Shown: in pieces, positions 18,374-28,791 of the stretch
How positions within the stretch are numbered: position 1 is the stretch's first letter
How the letters are laid out: each line of letters opens with the position of its first letter
Virus record (IMG/VR): IMGVR_UViG_3300022542_000792
Location: 4,222 to 68,221 of that record
Direction: 5' to 3' (one strand)
DNA length: 64,000 nucleotides
Source of the DNA: a virus
The notes under the pieces: generated by a model
Databases searched by the model: none
Seen by the model: only the letters and a program-made list of their open reading frames with translations
Told to the model about the DNA's origin: nothing
Position numbers and translations under genes: made by a program

Positions 18374-19459
18374 TTATAGTTTATCAGCTTTCTTTTTGCG
18401 GCGAGTTTTTGCAGTCTCTTCTTCATCCATATCTTCATCAACTACATCAGATACGTTCAGAATTGCGTGAGTTTGTTTTTCTGCTTCCATTAAAATATCA
18501 CCAGAATAATTATTAAACTCTTTAGCGTACCAAGATTTTTCTTGTCCTGTAACAGAAAGACGAGAACCTTTCTTTACCAAAAGTCCCATATCTACAGCTA
18601 CGTCAATCAATCCTGAGTTAGGATCCATTCCTGATTCATAAGGTACTTCAATGGTAACATTCTGGAAAGGTTTAGTGAAGCGAGTTTTATATCCCATACA
18701 CTTCATCTTAATTCCTAAGAATACTCCAGCAAGAGCGTCCTTTTCTTTCAGTTTTAATTTCGTCAATAAGACAATCTGTGAAAGAGAATAACGAACAGCA
18801 TCACTAACGATCCAAGTACCTTCACCATTTTTCAAATCTTGATTACGATAAACTTGACAAGTCACTGCCATAGAAACATTCAAGTCTTTAATGTCTTGAA
18901 CGAATGTACGAAGCATTGCTTTAAGTTGTTTGTTTCGTTGTCCTTGATCACCTTTAGTTACACCTTTACCATAATGGTCCAATTCAGTCTCAGTCATTAA
19001 CATATCAAGAGAATCAATTGCGATGAATATTTGAGGTGCGTCTGGATCATTGCCATATTCTTTTTTGTATCCAGTGAGGAATGTTGATACAACTTTAGTT
19101 ACTTGAGGAATCGTAGTCACAGCTTTGTAGTTGTAGTTGTTTTCAACATCAACACCAATCGCTGTCATAAATCCATCATCTAAAGCATTTTCAGAATCAA
19201 TAACAAGAATGTAAGCACCTGCTTGTTGAGCACTTCTTACAAGGTTACCAATTACGAAACTTTTACCTGCACCGGACGGTCCGGCTAATCCTGTGATGCG
19301 TCCTTGTGGGACACCTTTCATAAAACTACCAGACATGATTCGGTTTAATACATAGTTACCGAATGAATACCAGTATCGTGGTGGTTGAGATGAACCACCA
19401 ACACCTGCTAATTTATCAATAGTCTTTTCAAAATCTTTTAAGAAATTAAGTTTTGACAT
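18374..19459 (-). CDS. uvsX: RecA/UvsX recombinase
   Basis: GRITGLAGPSGAGKS, IDSENA, IAIDSL and KTRF motifs. Confidence 0.92.
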   Translation of the reverse strand: MSKLNFLKDFEKTIDKLAGVGGSSQPPRYWYSFGNYVLNRIMSGSFMKGVPQGRITGLAGPSGAGKSFVIGNLVRSAQQAGAYILVIDSENALDDGFMTAIGVDVENNYNYKAVTTIPQVTKVVSTFLTGYKKEYGNDPDAPQIFIAIDSLDMLMTETELDHYGKGVTKGDQGQRNKQLKAMLRTFVQDIKDLNVSMAVTCQVYRNQDLKNGEGTWIVSDAVRYSLSQIVLLTKLKLKEKDALAGVFLGIKMKCMGYKTRFTKPFQNVTIEVPYESGMDPNSGLIDVAVDMGLLVKKGSRLSVTGQEKSWYAKEFNNYSGDILMEAEKQTHAILNVSDVVDEDMDEEETAKTRRKKKADKL

Positions 19460-19481
19460 ATTATACTCCTATTAAAATGAT

Positions 19482-19507
19482 AGGGTGGGAGACATTGCCT
19501 CCCACTT
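19482..19507 (-). terminator. Hairpin between ssb and uvsX
   Basis: gggtgggag-acattgc-ctcccactt stem; weak U tail. Confidence 0.45.
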
Positions 19508-19518
19508 ACTATATTATA

Positions 19519-20394
19519 TTACTCAGATTTAGCTTTCTTGCGGTTACGAATCTGTGCGAGTATATCGTCAGCTTCGGCTTCAAGTTCACCATCATCTTCA
19601 GGAGTAGTAGTTTTAGCTGCTGCAGGTTTAGATTCAGCGGCAGGTTTAGATTCAGCGGCTGGTTTTGGAGTAGAAGAATTATCTTCTGCGTAGTCAGCAC
19701 CAGTAAGTGCTGCTTCAAGCATAGCTTCAATCTTATCGCGACCTGGATTCTTTGGTAAAAGAGTTTCAAGTTCAATAAGGTCAATATTAGCTATTATATC
19801 TTCATCAAGGTCAGATGATTTACGAGCAAATTTTGAGCCTACTGCGTAAGTTGAATATTCACCTTGTTGAGATTTCTTAATGATGAAATTACAACCACCT
19901 TCATATGCAAATGGAACATCATCCAATTCACCACTTTCAAATGCTTCTTTAATAACATTAAAAAGTTGGTAACCGAGAGCAACATAACGAACTTTGCCTT
20001 CGTGTGTTTCTTGAGTTGTTTCATCAGCTGGTAATGGGTCTTCAACAACTAATGCTTGTGCAATGTGTTGCTTTTTCTTCCAGTATTTCTTTCCGTTTTC
20101 TTTATCATCAGCTTTATAATAAGCTTGTGATACAGCACAAACAGGACAGTCTTCGCCATACATAGAAAGACAAGGAACAGATTTACGTTCACCATTAATT
20201 TCTAAATTGTGCATTACTTTTTCAACGAGGAAGCCAAGAGCATTCTCGGTATTTGAATCTGGTAAGAAACGAATAACTGCTGATTCGCCATTTTTCATAT
20301 TCCAAAATGGGAAGTAGTTATTTGGTAGGTTTGCACCTTCGGTGCGTTCTGGGGTTTTAAATGCTGCTTTGAGTTGGTCTATAGATAGAGTCAT
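19519..20394 (-). CDS. Single-stranded DNA-binding protein (T4 gp32-like)
   Basis: AVIRFLPD, CL...G..CPVC zinc site, G.NF.IKK, acidic tail; start moved to ATG 20394 (AGGAG SD). Confidence 0.85.
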   Translation of the reverse strand: MTLSIDQLKAAFKTPERTEGANLPNNYFPFWNMKNGESAVIRFLPDSNTENALGFLVEKVMHNLEINGERKSVPCLSMYGEDCPVCAVSQAYYKADDKENGKKYWKKKQHIAQALVVEDPLPADETTQETHEGKVRYVALGYQLFNVIKEAFESGELDDVPFAYEGGCNFIIKKSQQGEYSTYAVGSKFARKSSDLDEDIIANIDLIELETLLPKNPGRDKIEAMLEAALTGADYAEDNSSTPKPAAESKPAAESKPAAAKTTTPEDDGELEAEADDILAQIRNRKKAKSE

Positions 20395-20534
20395 TGTGTA
20401 TCTCCTTTTTCTCTTCTTATTATTATTCTCTTCTTTGAGAGTCTTTTTCACTTCTTTTTTGTCAAGGGTACAAATAATTGCTTACCTTTTAAGTCAGAAA
20501 CCCTTTCCCTGACTGAATGCTTTTGACGAGATGG

Positions 20535-20563
20535 AGCATACCATAACCATCTTTAAGAGTCAA
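20535..20563 (-). promoter_or_regulatory. sigma70-type promoter for ssb
   Basis: TTGACT-17 nt-TATGCT with extended TG. Confidence 0.7.
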
Positions 20564-20625
20564 CAACTTTCGTTTTCTCTAATTCTATTTATGGTCAAAC
20601 TATTTAAAGATGACCATTTTTATTA

Positions 20626-22854
20626 TTAAATAATACTGTTTATAGTAACCCCAATATCTGCTAATGTTGCATCTTGTGAACCTGGAGCGACGATTGTAAT
20701 TACGTCACCTGCAACAACCGAAACCGATACAATAGGTGAACCAGTTAATGTAACAACGCCTGTAGCTGATGTCGTGAATGTAATAGAAGCAATTGAACCA
20801 CCATTTAATTGAACATCAAAAACTGCAGTGCCTGTTGAGGCTGTGTCTGCTTTTGCTTGATGTCCTGTAGTTTCAATAGTAAAAGCACGTACTGAAACAA
20901 ACCTTAATACTACTGCACTTGCATCTGGTAATCCAACAACTTGTGCAGCAAGGTCATAAGGAATAACGTGAGTATGAGCAGTATCAGATTTTTCTGTATC
21001 CAATTCTGCTAATGCTGCTTGCACATCAGTGGCTGCAATATTTCCTACTGGAGTAAAATCAACTTCGCTTGCAGTTACGACAACTCCTGCACCAGAAATC
21101 TCAACCCACTTAGTTAAATAATCACTATAAACATATTGGTGATACGCATGCAATGATTCGTCATTGTTAACAAATACTGCTGCACTTCCTGTTGGAGCAA
21201 TAAAACTCCAAGTTGGTGTTGCAGGATCATCAAGAACATAAATGTAATCTTTCTTACCTACAAATGTACCACCTGGTGTTGTTGTAGATTCCATTGCAAT
21301 ACCGAATCGTGTACCAGCGGAATGATTTGAAAGTAATCCTTCGTGGATATCTGCATACCAACTTGAACCATCCCAGATAACAACACTTCCTATTGGGAAG
21401 CCAGACCATGCTCCACCTATTCCATCCGTGATGTACACATTAGAAGCATCTGCAGCAGTCAAAGTTGGTGCTGTTGTTAAACTATCATCTATTAAGTTAA
21501 TGAAATGTACTGGATCTTGCCAATTTAATCCACTAACAAGTCCATCAACGTATTGTTTTGTTGCTGCGTGAAGAACGTTTGTTGGGTCAGCATTAAGTGT
21601 TAAAAATCCAGTTAATGTTCCACCTGCTAATGATAATTTTTCATCATCTAATTCTTGAATCGCTAACTGTGCTGTAGCCGATGATATGTCACCATATGGA
21701 GTAAATGTAATCGTTGATGCGGCTTGATTGTGAGCTGTTGGTGCACGAGCATCCGTAAGGCGAGAATCATTAGTTCCAACAGCTATTGGAGATTCTGGGT
21801 CGTCTGGTGCTGCTGATAAAAAGACAACACCTAATTGTGATATTGTTGATGGTGTTGCATTTGCTGAAACACCTGCTGGGCCAGTTTTTCCGATTCCACC
21901 GAGACCTTGTTCAAATATAATTTCTGTTCGTGAAAGAATTCTTGCAACTGGGATAGTTCCTGATACATTTGGGTCAGTTTGTGTAAACGTGCCAGAAGCA
22001 CTAACCCACAATTCGTTACCTATTGTTGCATCTGTCCAATTCCAGCTAGGATTTGTTATTATACCTTGAAGTATAACTGAAACACTGTCTCCAATTCCAG
22101 CTCCTTCTGTGACAACACCAAGAACTGTATTACCAACATCATCTTTACCTGCTGGGGATACCTTTCCACTTGCAACATACTTAACAATATTATACGCACC
22201 AAGTGACACGTTAGCAGTTGCAAAATTGATATTAGATTCAAGACGAACTGAATTTACACGTGAGCCAGTTGCAAAGAATTGGTCTTCTGTTGTGAATAAT
22301 TCACCAGATGAGCGTTTGATGACTGCACCAGAATCGTCAAAAACGATACGTCCTGTTAGGTTCGAAAAGTTTGTTATCCCTACTTGAGATCCTGCGAATG
22401 AAAGATTTGGCAATCCTGCTGAAAGAGAAGTAAATGTTGTCACACCATCGAATTTTGCAGCAAATACACGAACAACTTCTACAAATGCGCCAGATTGATA
22501 AACGAACATTATTTCATTTGTGGTATCATACCAATGCAAATCAGCAACTGGTGATACAGGTTCGGTTGGTCCAAATACAGGCTCAATTAATGTGCTACCG
22601 AAAGTTCGTGCACCTGTTGTTAAATTAATATCCCAATATAACCATTGGTCAGTAGATACAGCAAATGACGGCCAAGCATCATCAATCGTAGCATTTTCTA
22701 TGTGAAGATAATTCGTATTCCGATGTGCAAGTGTGACTTCAATTGGCCCATTATCAGCCTTTAATCCAACATCTGACCCAACAACAGCTAAAAATTGCTG
22801 AATACTTCCACTATATGGATAGCGAACAATGCCCTGTCTGAACAGTAATCTCAT
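20626..22854 (-). CDS. Virion structural/fibre-like protein
   Basis: FRQGIV N-terminus, DSRLTDARAPTAH, GGTLTGFLTL, AATKQYVD and ATDVQAALAEL fibre motifs. Confidence 0.7.
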   Translation of the reverse strand: MRLLFRQGIVRYPYSGSIQQFLAVVGSDVGLKADNGPIEVTLAHRNTNYLHIENATIDDAWPSFAVSTDQWLYWDINLTTGARTFGSTLIEPVFGPTEPVSPVADLHWYDTTNEIMFVYQSGAFVEVVRVFAAKFDGVTTFTSLSAGLPNLSFAGSQVGITNFSNLTGRIVFDDSGAVIKRSSGELFTTEDQFFATGSRVNSVRLESNINFATANVSLGAYNIVKYVASGKVSPAGKDDVGNTVLGVVTEGAGIGDSVSVILQGIITNPSWNWTDATIGNELWVSASGTFTQTDPNVSGTIPVARILSRTEIIFEQGLGGIGKTGPAGVSANATPSTISQLGVVFLSAAPDDPESPIAVGTNDSRLTDARAPTAHNQAASTITFTPYGDISSATAQLAIQELDDEKLSLAGGTLTGFLTLNADPTNVLHAATKQYVDGLVSGLNWQDPVHFINLIDDSLTTAPTLTAADASNVYITDGIGGAWSGFPIGSVVIWDGSSWYADIHEGLLSNHSAGTRFGIAMESTTTPGGTFVGKKDYIYVLDDPATPTWSFIAPTGSAAVFVNNDESLHAYHQYVYSDYLTKWVEISGAGVVVTASEVDFTPVGNIAATDVQAALAELDTEKSDTAHTHVIPYDLAAQVVGLPDASAVVLRFVSVRAFTIETTGHQAKADTASTGTAVFDVQLNGGSIASITFTTSATGVVTLTGSPIVSVSVVAGDVITIVAPGSQDATLADIGVTINSII

Positions 22855-22957
22855 TTGGTAACCCCTATTTCAATATGATTCTCGTATATTTATGTAAGGT
22901 GTATGTTGTGCGTAGAGTTTACATAACATAAATATAATCAACAAAATACAGGAATTT

Positions 22958-25456
22958 TTGATGGCAATAACATATTCAGCTGGTGCAGGTACAATAATTA
23001 CTTCGTTTCTAGTTACTCAAGTATTAGGAGATCAGACTCAACAGACGGGAAATAATACAATAGTATTAGATAATATTCCGTCTGCAGCTTCAGGGTATGG
23101 TGGCAATGTCGGTGATGGTACATTAGGTATAGGAGACTCATACGATACTCGACGTATCATGATAGGTCGTGGAGGTACAATACAAGAACGTATTGTGACC
23201 AATGATGCTGCTGGTACTGGTGCTACTCGTATTCTAACTGTACATGAGGATTGGGATACTAACCCTATAGCGACTACTGATACTGTTGACGTATACTACG
23301 AGATTGCTGATGTTGAAGATGGTGGATCAAGTGGTGGTATCAGTTTTGCGGCACGAACAGGTCTATGGACACTCAGTAATGATTTCTCAGTAGGCAATGG
23401 CACTGATCCAGCTGGTTTGGCCATACACGGTGGTCAAGCAATTGAAGTCTCTGATGAGGGTGTAACAGAAGCATTTAATATATTGAACAACGGGTATTTT
23501 CGTGCAGGATATTATTCGGTAAGCAAAGCAATATCTGGTGGTGTAATTACTATAACAGCAAATTCAGATGATGAGCCTGCTATGCGCTTTGATTCTGGTT
23601 CTGATGCAGCTTTCTTAGATACGTTAATCTGGGCACAAGTTGCAACACTAAGTCAAATAAGTAATGGTGGTGGGGTTGTAGTTTATGATAAAGTAAAATT
23701 ACTGAAGACTACTCAAGAGTGTGAGTTATATGGAGATACAGTTACTGATTTAAGTATATCAGGAGAAGCTAAGACTACTGAAATAATACGTGTTGACTCA
23801 TCTACTAATTGTGCTGCATTAGTTCTTGTAGATGTACAAGTATTAGATTCAGCAGCTGATACTATTACAGAAACTATTACTTTATCTGGAGTAGTGTTCT
23901 CTGGTGTAGTTGGATATGTTGATGTTCGGCAGAATAAGACATGGAATTTAATCAATCCAGAGTGGGATGTAACAATTTATACTCAACTAACATGGACAGG
24001 GACGTCGACGGGCAATGAATTAAACGATAAACGTAGTGTTGCTGCTATTGTACAACAAGCTGATGGTACTAAGTTACAAAATGCAGTGGTTATTGTTTAT
24101 GAAGGTACTCAACTAGATGATCTAGTAATTACAGAGATAACTGATGTAAATGGGTATGCTGAAAATTCGTTTATATATCTTAAACATGCAACCAACTCAG
24201 TAACAACCACATATGGTAATCATGCTCTTCGTATTTTTAATTATGGGTATACTCCATTTGTTGCATCTCAATTATCAACTGAATCATTTAGTGGAGCAGT
24301 TACATTAACAACTGATTCAGCGATTATAGAAGCAACCCAAGCAACGGCAATTTCAAACGGTTTAGGAATTACTCCACAACGTCATGGTACTGGTGAAACA
24401 GATACTCGTCCAATGAAAGTATTAAATTATGATGGTGGTACTGGAAGCGTTCCAACTATTGGTGAAACAATAACACAAGGTTCAGCAACTGGTGTTGTAG
24501 TAGAATATCTTGGTGACGCTGTTAGTGGTACTCTTGTTCTTGAAACCTGGAACGGTACTGAATTTACCGACAATCAAACAATGACTGGTGGTACATCTTC
24601 CTTTAATGCTCAAACAGATTTAATTGGTGGTACAGGATTCTATGAAGAATATACTTGGGAAGTAGATTGCAGCAGTAAATCACTTCAAATTACATATGAT
24701 TATCTTGCTGCCAAAATGGCTGACTATTCAGGCTCACCTCTTGCATTTGATGCAATATTTGAAAAACTACACGAATGGGGACAAGAAGAACAAGGACAAG
24801 CAATATATTCTGGTGGTTCTGGATATTATACAGAGCGGTCTGATACATCAGGAAGTCCATTAGTTGGTGAAGGTGTATGGTTGAGCAATCGTGGTTCAGG
24901 GACAATTGCATATTTGACTTCAGATAGTGGAACTACATATACACCACCAGCTTCTTATACATTCTCAGTTACTGGTGTTCAAACCGATTCAGAAGTTAGA
25001 ATTATTCAAAACAATGCAGCAAGAGATTTTATTGATGGTACAGAAAGTACAACAGGTGGAGTAACGAAGGCAGCGATATCAAATGTTGGTTCTGGTTATA
25101 CAGTTAGTGATGTATTGACAGTTATTGGTGGTACTGGAACAGCAGCAACGCTGACTGTTACTTCTGTTTCTGGCGGTCAAATTACAGGTGTTAGCATTAC
25201 AGATCCTGGGGTATATTCTGTTAATCCAACTAATCCAGTTTCAGTAACAGGTGGAACGGGAACTGGTGCACAATTCAGATTAACACTTTCAGGGTCATTT
25301 TCATACACATATACATATAGTACAGATATTGACGTTTATGTGGTTGTTTTTCATCTTGACTTTAAAGAAGTTCGGTTAATTGATTTAACGCTGACGAATT
25401 CGGACCAACCTATTCCAGTACAACAACAAACAGATAGGGTTTATAGCAATCTTTAA
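22958..25456 (+). CDS. Large Thr/Gly-rich putative virion protein
   Basis: 832 aa; GSGYT..GG.GT repeats typical of virion proteins; ends QQQTDRVYSN; ATAAATA upstream. Confidence 0.6.
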   Translation: MMAITYSAGAGTIITSFLVTQVLGDQTQQTGNNTIVLDNIPSAASGYGGNVGDGTLGIGDSYDTRRIMIGRGGTIQERIVTNDAAGTGATRILTVHEDWDTNPIATTDTVDVYYEIADVEDGGSSGGISFAARTGLWTLSNDFSVGNGTDPAGLAIHGGQAIEVSDEGVTEAFNILNNGYFRAGYYSVSKAISGGVITITANSDDEPAMRFDSGSDAAFLDTLIWAQVATLSQISNGGGVVVYDKVKLLKTTQECELYGDTVTDLSISGEAKTTEIIRVDSSTNCAALVLVDVQVLDSAADTITETITLSGVVFSGVVGYVDVRQNKTWNLINPEWDVTIYTQLTWTGTSTGNELNDKRSVAAIVQQADGTKLQNAVVIVYEGTQLDDLVITEITDVNGYAENSFIYLKHATNSVTTTYGNHALRIFNYGYTPFVASQLSTESFSGAVTLTTDSAIIEATQATAISNGLGITPQRHGTGETDTRPMKVLNYDGGTGSVPTIGETITQGSATGVVVEYLGDAVSGTLVLETWNGTEFTDNQTMTGGTSSFNAQTDLIGGTGFYEEYTWEVDCSSKSLQITYDYLAAKMADYSGSPLAFDAIFEKLHEWGQEEQGQAIYSGGSGYYTERSDTSGSPLVGEGVWLSNRGSGTIAYLTSDSGTTYTPPASYTFSVTGVQTDSEVRIIQNNAARDFIDGTESTTGGVTKAAISNVGSGYTVSDVLTVIGGTGTAATLTVTSVSGGQITGVSITDPGVYSVNPTNPVSVTGGTGTGAQFRLTLSGSFSYTYTYSTDIDVYVVVFHLDFKEVRLIDLTLTNSDQPIPVQQQTDRVYSNL

Positions 25457-25466
25457 TAAATAACAT

Positions 25467-25474
25467 TATAAATA
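25467..25474 (+). promoter_or_regulatory. T4-type late promoter TATAAATA
   Basis: Exact motif upstream of 25513 gene with AGGAG SD. Confidence 0.7.
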
Positions 25475-25512
25475 TTAAAACTAAGCAAATAGTTAATTAG
25501 GAGACTTAAAAA

Positions 25513-28179
25513 ATGGCAATTATCGTCGACCCAGACAACCTAGATCGTCAACAACTTATTTTTGGAACGAACACACAGAAAATGTCGTTCTATCCCGTTG
25601 GAGCGTTAGTCTTCAATAACGGAGTAGACGGTGCAGTCGTTGTAGGTGGTAGCCCAGTTGGGATTTCGTCTCAATTTACAAGCACAACATATGCATTTAC
25701 AGCGAATCACGTTGGATCTCATATCATTATTCAAGCTGCATCTGATCCGCTTAATATAGGTAGTTACGAAATTACAGCATTTACTGATGCAAATACTGTT
25801 ACAGTTGACCGAGACTTTAACTCATCAGAATCAGGAATGACATTTAATGTAGCATCAGGTTCAACAGCAGGTACACTTGACTTTACCGATCTCGATGGTG
25901 ATTTTATTACCGATGGTGTTGCTGTTGGTGATATTCTTTGTATCTTCAGTGGTCCAGATTCTGGACACTACCGAATTAATGCTCGTACGGCGACGACCGT
26001 TACAGCAGATACATTTAATGGATTCGCAGCATTCCAAACATATGGTGCTGTTGGTTCTCCTTCATTTGAAGTAATTGCTTATACAATTCACCAAGAAACT
26101 GGTGGCTCTGCTGCTGATGGTGCTACGATTCAGTCAATGTACTCTTTCGGTAAGGAAGAATGGCGTTCTGATTCAATGCAATTCAACCGTGATGATTTAA
26201 TCAAACACGAATTCCCATTTGAAGCAATCACATCGGAACAATTTGAAATTGGTGGTGGTGCTGCTCACTTTGATTGGACATGGCACAATGGACCAACTGA
26301 TACTGACGAAACAATTCACTACATCAGAACTGGTGGGTGGGCTGATAAAGATAATACTGGTACAACTTCATTTGAATATGCTGGTATCATCACGTTGGGT
26401 AGTATAGACATAGATGCTCAAGTTTACTATCAACAAATTGATGATACACAGACTCCTCAAGACTTCGTTTTGACTGGTCCTGTAAACCAATCAATTTTGA
26501 TTTTAGATACAGCAGGTTCTCCAGATGATGATCGAAGAACTTACTTGAAATTGTTCGTACGTAAGAAAGCTCGTACATATGCGCAATCAGAAATCGCGGA
26601 TATTGGTGTATCAACAATCAAAACAATCGTTAACCGATTCCCTCTTTCTCATGCAGTTGATGCTGCTATTTTAGATATAGATGGTGACATTATTGTTACC
26701 ACACCATATACAAATGCAACGGTTGCTCGTTCATTAACTGGTACATTAACATCTGGTGTAACTACAGCTGGTACTGGTATTTTTACTGCGACTGCTACAG
26801 CATTCTTAACTGAAGTCAAAGTTGGTGATGCATTAAGACTTGTTTCTGGTGCAGATGCTGCTGACCTTATCTACTGGCACGTCATTAGTGTTGATTCTGA
26901 TACACAATTAACAGTTTCTACAGCTGATGCAACATTTGTTGGTGATACTGTAATTACGTTTGAAGTACACTCAAGTGAACTTCTTGCTGATAGAATAGAT
27001 GGTGCTCTTGCTAATGTTGATGGCGCAACTGGTACATTAACAACTGCTGTTGGTTTGACTGCTGCTGGTGTTACTACTGGCGATATGGTTATTATCACAG
27101 AGCCTGCATCTGACCATCGTGGTGTTTATAAAGTTATTAGTTCTACAGATACAGTAATAACTCTTAACACAGAAGATAAAGCATTCACAACACAAACAAA
27201 TATTGACTTCTCTATAATTGAACCTTCTATAAAGCTTCAATATAAATGGGAACAAATTGTTGCTCCTGTTGTTGATGGTGGTACTGGTTATGACTTTGCT
27301 GATGTAAACCCAGATACTATTACTACTACTGGTGCTAAATGGGGTTCAGTTTTGGCTGGTGATGTTGCAATTGTTTCTGGTTCAACATCTAATGATGGTT
27401 CATATACAGTTGCATCTGCTACAGCTACAGTTCTAACACTTATTGACACTGATGGTCTTGCTGCAGAAGTAGATAACACAATAGCAACGATTGAAATTCG
27501 ACGTGGATTCTCAAGAACAATTGCTGGTATTACATATGGATTTAAGTGGCGCTTACTTGGTAACAATGCTACTGCTATTGATTGTTATCAATTTGTTCAG
27601 CATCAGCTCCGTCAAGTAGATGATGTTGATTTTGGACCAGGCGTAAGTCGTGGTGACGTAACCGATTTGTTAATGTCATTCTCAACTCCAACTGGTATCG
27701 CAATCAATATGCACATTGATGATATTTCATCTGCTGACTTGAATAATGTTACCTTTAGGGATGCAACTGGTACTGACCGTCTATATGCATTCGTTGCTGC
27801 TGGATCAATTGTATTCAATGATAACCTCCAATCTGATACTAATGCTAAGTACTGGATGTTCTTTACTAACGATAATGCTGGTGATAACCTTGCTCGTGAC
27901 TATGGTACGAAGGATGCTATCATAGTTCTCGATGCTTCTGAAACACCTGCACAGATTACTGGTAACGTTAACAGTCAACCTTCTGTTAGCTTCACGTATG
28001 ATTATACTAATAATGTTCAGCGTGGTGCTGCATCAGCGGGTATAGATGCTCCAATAACAATTGTGGCAATTGGGTTAGACACAGCACAATTCGTTATAAC
28101 AACAGGAAGTATTACTGAAAGTAAAACGAATAACTTCTCACTTGTTGCGGCTCTTGAACGTAACTACAGTAATCCTTAA
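25513..28179 (+). CDS. Large putative virion protein with repeated beta-domains
   Basis: 888 aa; repeated GD.(hydrophobic)..G.Y.(I/V)...T.TV units; ends ERNYSNP, similar to the upstream gene's end. Confidence 0.6.
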   Translation: MAIIVDPDNLDRQQLIFGTNTQKMSFYPVGALVFNNGVDGAVVVGGSPVGISSQFTSTTYAFTANHVGSHIIIQAASDPLNIGSYEITAFTDANTVTVDRDFNSSESGMTFNVASGSTAGTLDFTDLDGDFITDGVAVGDILCIFSGPDSGHYRINARTATTVTADTFNGFAAFQTYGAVGSPSFEVIAYTIHQETGGSAADGATIQSMYSFGKEEWRSDSMQFNRDDLIKHEFPFEAITSEQFEIGGGAAHFDWTWHNGPTDTDETIHYIRTGGWADKDNTGTTSFEYAGIITLGSIDIDAQVYYQQIDDTQTPQDFVLTGPVNQSILILDTAGSPDDDRRTYLKLFVRKKARTYAQSEIADIGVSTIKTIVNRFPLSHAVDAAILDIDGDIIVTTPYTNATVARSLTGTLTSGVTTAGTGIFTATATAFLTEVKVGDALRLVSGADAADLIYWHVISVDSDTQLTVSTADATFVGDTVITFEVHSSELLADRIDGALANVDGATGTLTTAVGLTAAGVTTGDMVIITEPASDHRGVYKVISSTDTVITLNTEDKAFTTQTNIDFSIIEPSIKLQYKWEQIVAPVVDGGTGYDFADVNPDTITTTGAKWGSVLAGDVAIVSGSTSNDGSYTVASATATVLTLIDTDGLAAEVDNTIATIEIRRGFSRTIAGITYGFKWRLLGNNATAIDCYQFVQHQLRQVDDVDFGPGVSRGDVTDLLMSFSTPTGIAINMHIDDISSADLNNVTFRDATGTDRLYAFVAAGSIVFNDNLQSDTNAKYWMFFTNDNAGDNLARDYGTKDAIIVLDASETPAQITGNVNSQPSVSFTYDYTNNVQRGAASAGIDAPITIVAIGLDTAQFVITTGSITESKTNNFSLVAALERNYSNP

Positions 28180-28190
28180 TAGACTAAATA

Positions 28191-28217
28191 GCTGGATGGT
28201 ATTTAATACCATCCAGC
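28191..28217 (+). terminator. Stem-loop terminator
   Basis: gctggatggtat-tta-ataccatccagc perfect inverted repeat. Confidence 0.65.
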
Positions 28218-28264
28218 CTCATTTTGGGGTTTTGTATAATTATAAAAAATATAAAGGGTGAATT

Positions 28265-28582
28265 ATGTCTGTAAATAATGAAGTATTAAACTTAGCGGAA
28301 GAATTAAAACTTCCACCAAGAATAAAAGAAAATAGACGGAATGTTAGATATAGATTATTCCGAATTCAGGAAAACAAAGATGTAGTCAATGATGACCTTA
28401 AGCAGTTTGTTGAATCTCAATTTGAATTTGGGATGACGTGGAAAACCTTTACATTTACTTGGGATGTTTCTCCTCGAGACCCATTAAAAGTTATTACAGA
28501 AGATATGTGGGATGACGAAAAAGGTGGATACGACCCAGTCACAGGTGTTAAATCACCTCCTGGATTTACTCACCAATCATAA
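28265..28582 (+). CDS. Hypothetical protein
   Basis: ORF track, GGGTG SD-like, in + strand cluster. Confidence 0.6.
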   Translation: MSVNNEVLNLAEELKLPPRIKENRRNVRYRLFRIQENKDVVNDDLKQFVESQFEFGMTWKTFTFTWDVSPRDPLKVITEDMWDDEKGGYDPVTGVKSPPGFTHQS

Positions 28583-28615
28583 ATTTGCTAAATTTTAACA
28601 GGTATAAATATCTCT

Positions 28616-28771
28616 ATGGATAACGATTTACAACAAGCAATAAACAACATTGAACAATTAATAACAAAGTTAATTAATGAGCCACCTGAGGGTCTTGATA
28701 TTAATCAACTTGTTCGTGATTACAATGTTGTTCGTCGAGCAGTAACAGAAAAATTAGTGAATAAAGAATAA
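28616..28771 (+). CDS. Small hypothetical protein (51 aa)
   Basis: Manual ORF MDNDLQQAINNIEQL...VNKE*, 5 nt after TATAAATA (28603-28610); fills the gap. Confidence 0.55.
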   Translation: MDNDLQQAINNIEQLITKLINEPPEGLDINQLVRDYNVVRRAVTEKLVNKE

Positions 28772-28791
28772 GAGATTTGGAGAAATAATTA

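Noticed and set aside
19610-19670. 18-bp KPAAES repeats in the ssb tail, and GGE(L/M) repeats at the portal C-terminus (55350-55440)
   Set aside because: Ordinary low-complexity tail expansions.
20395-20451. Longer N-terminus for ssb given in the ORF track
   Set aside because: ATG at 20394 has a strong AGGAG SD; the upstream purine tract is better explained as leader.
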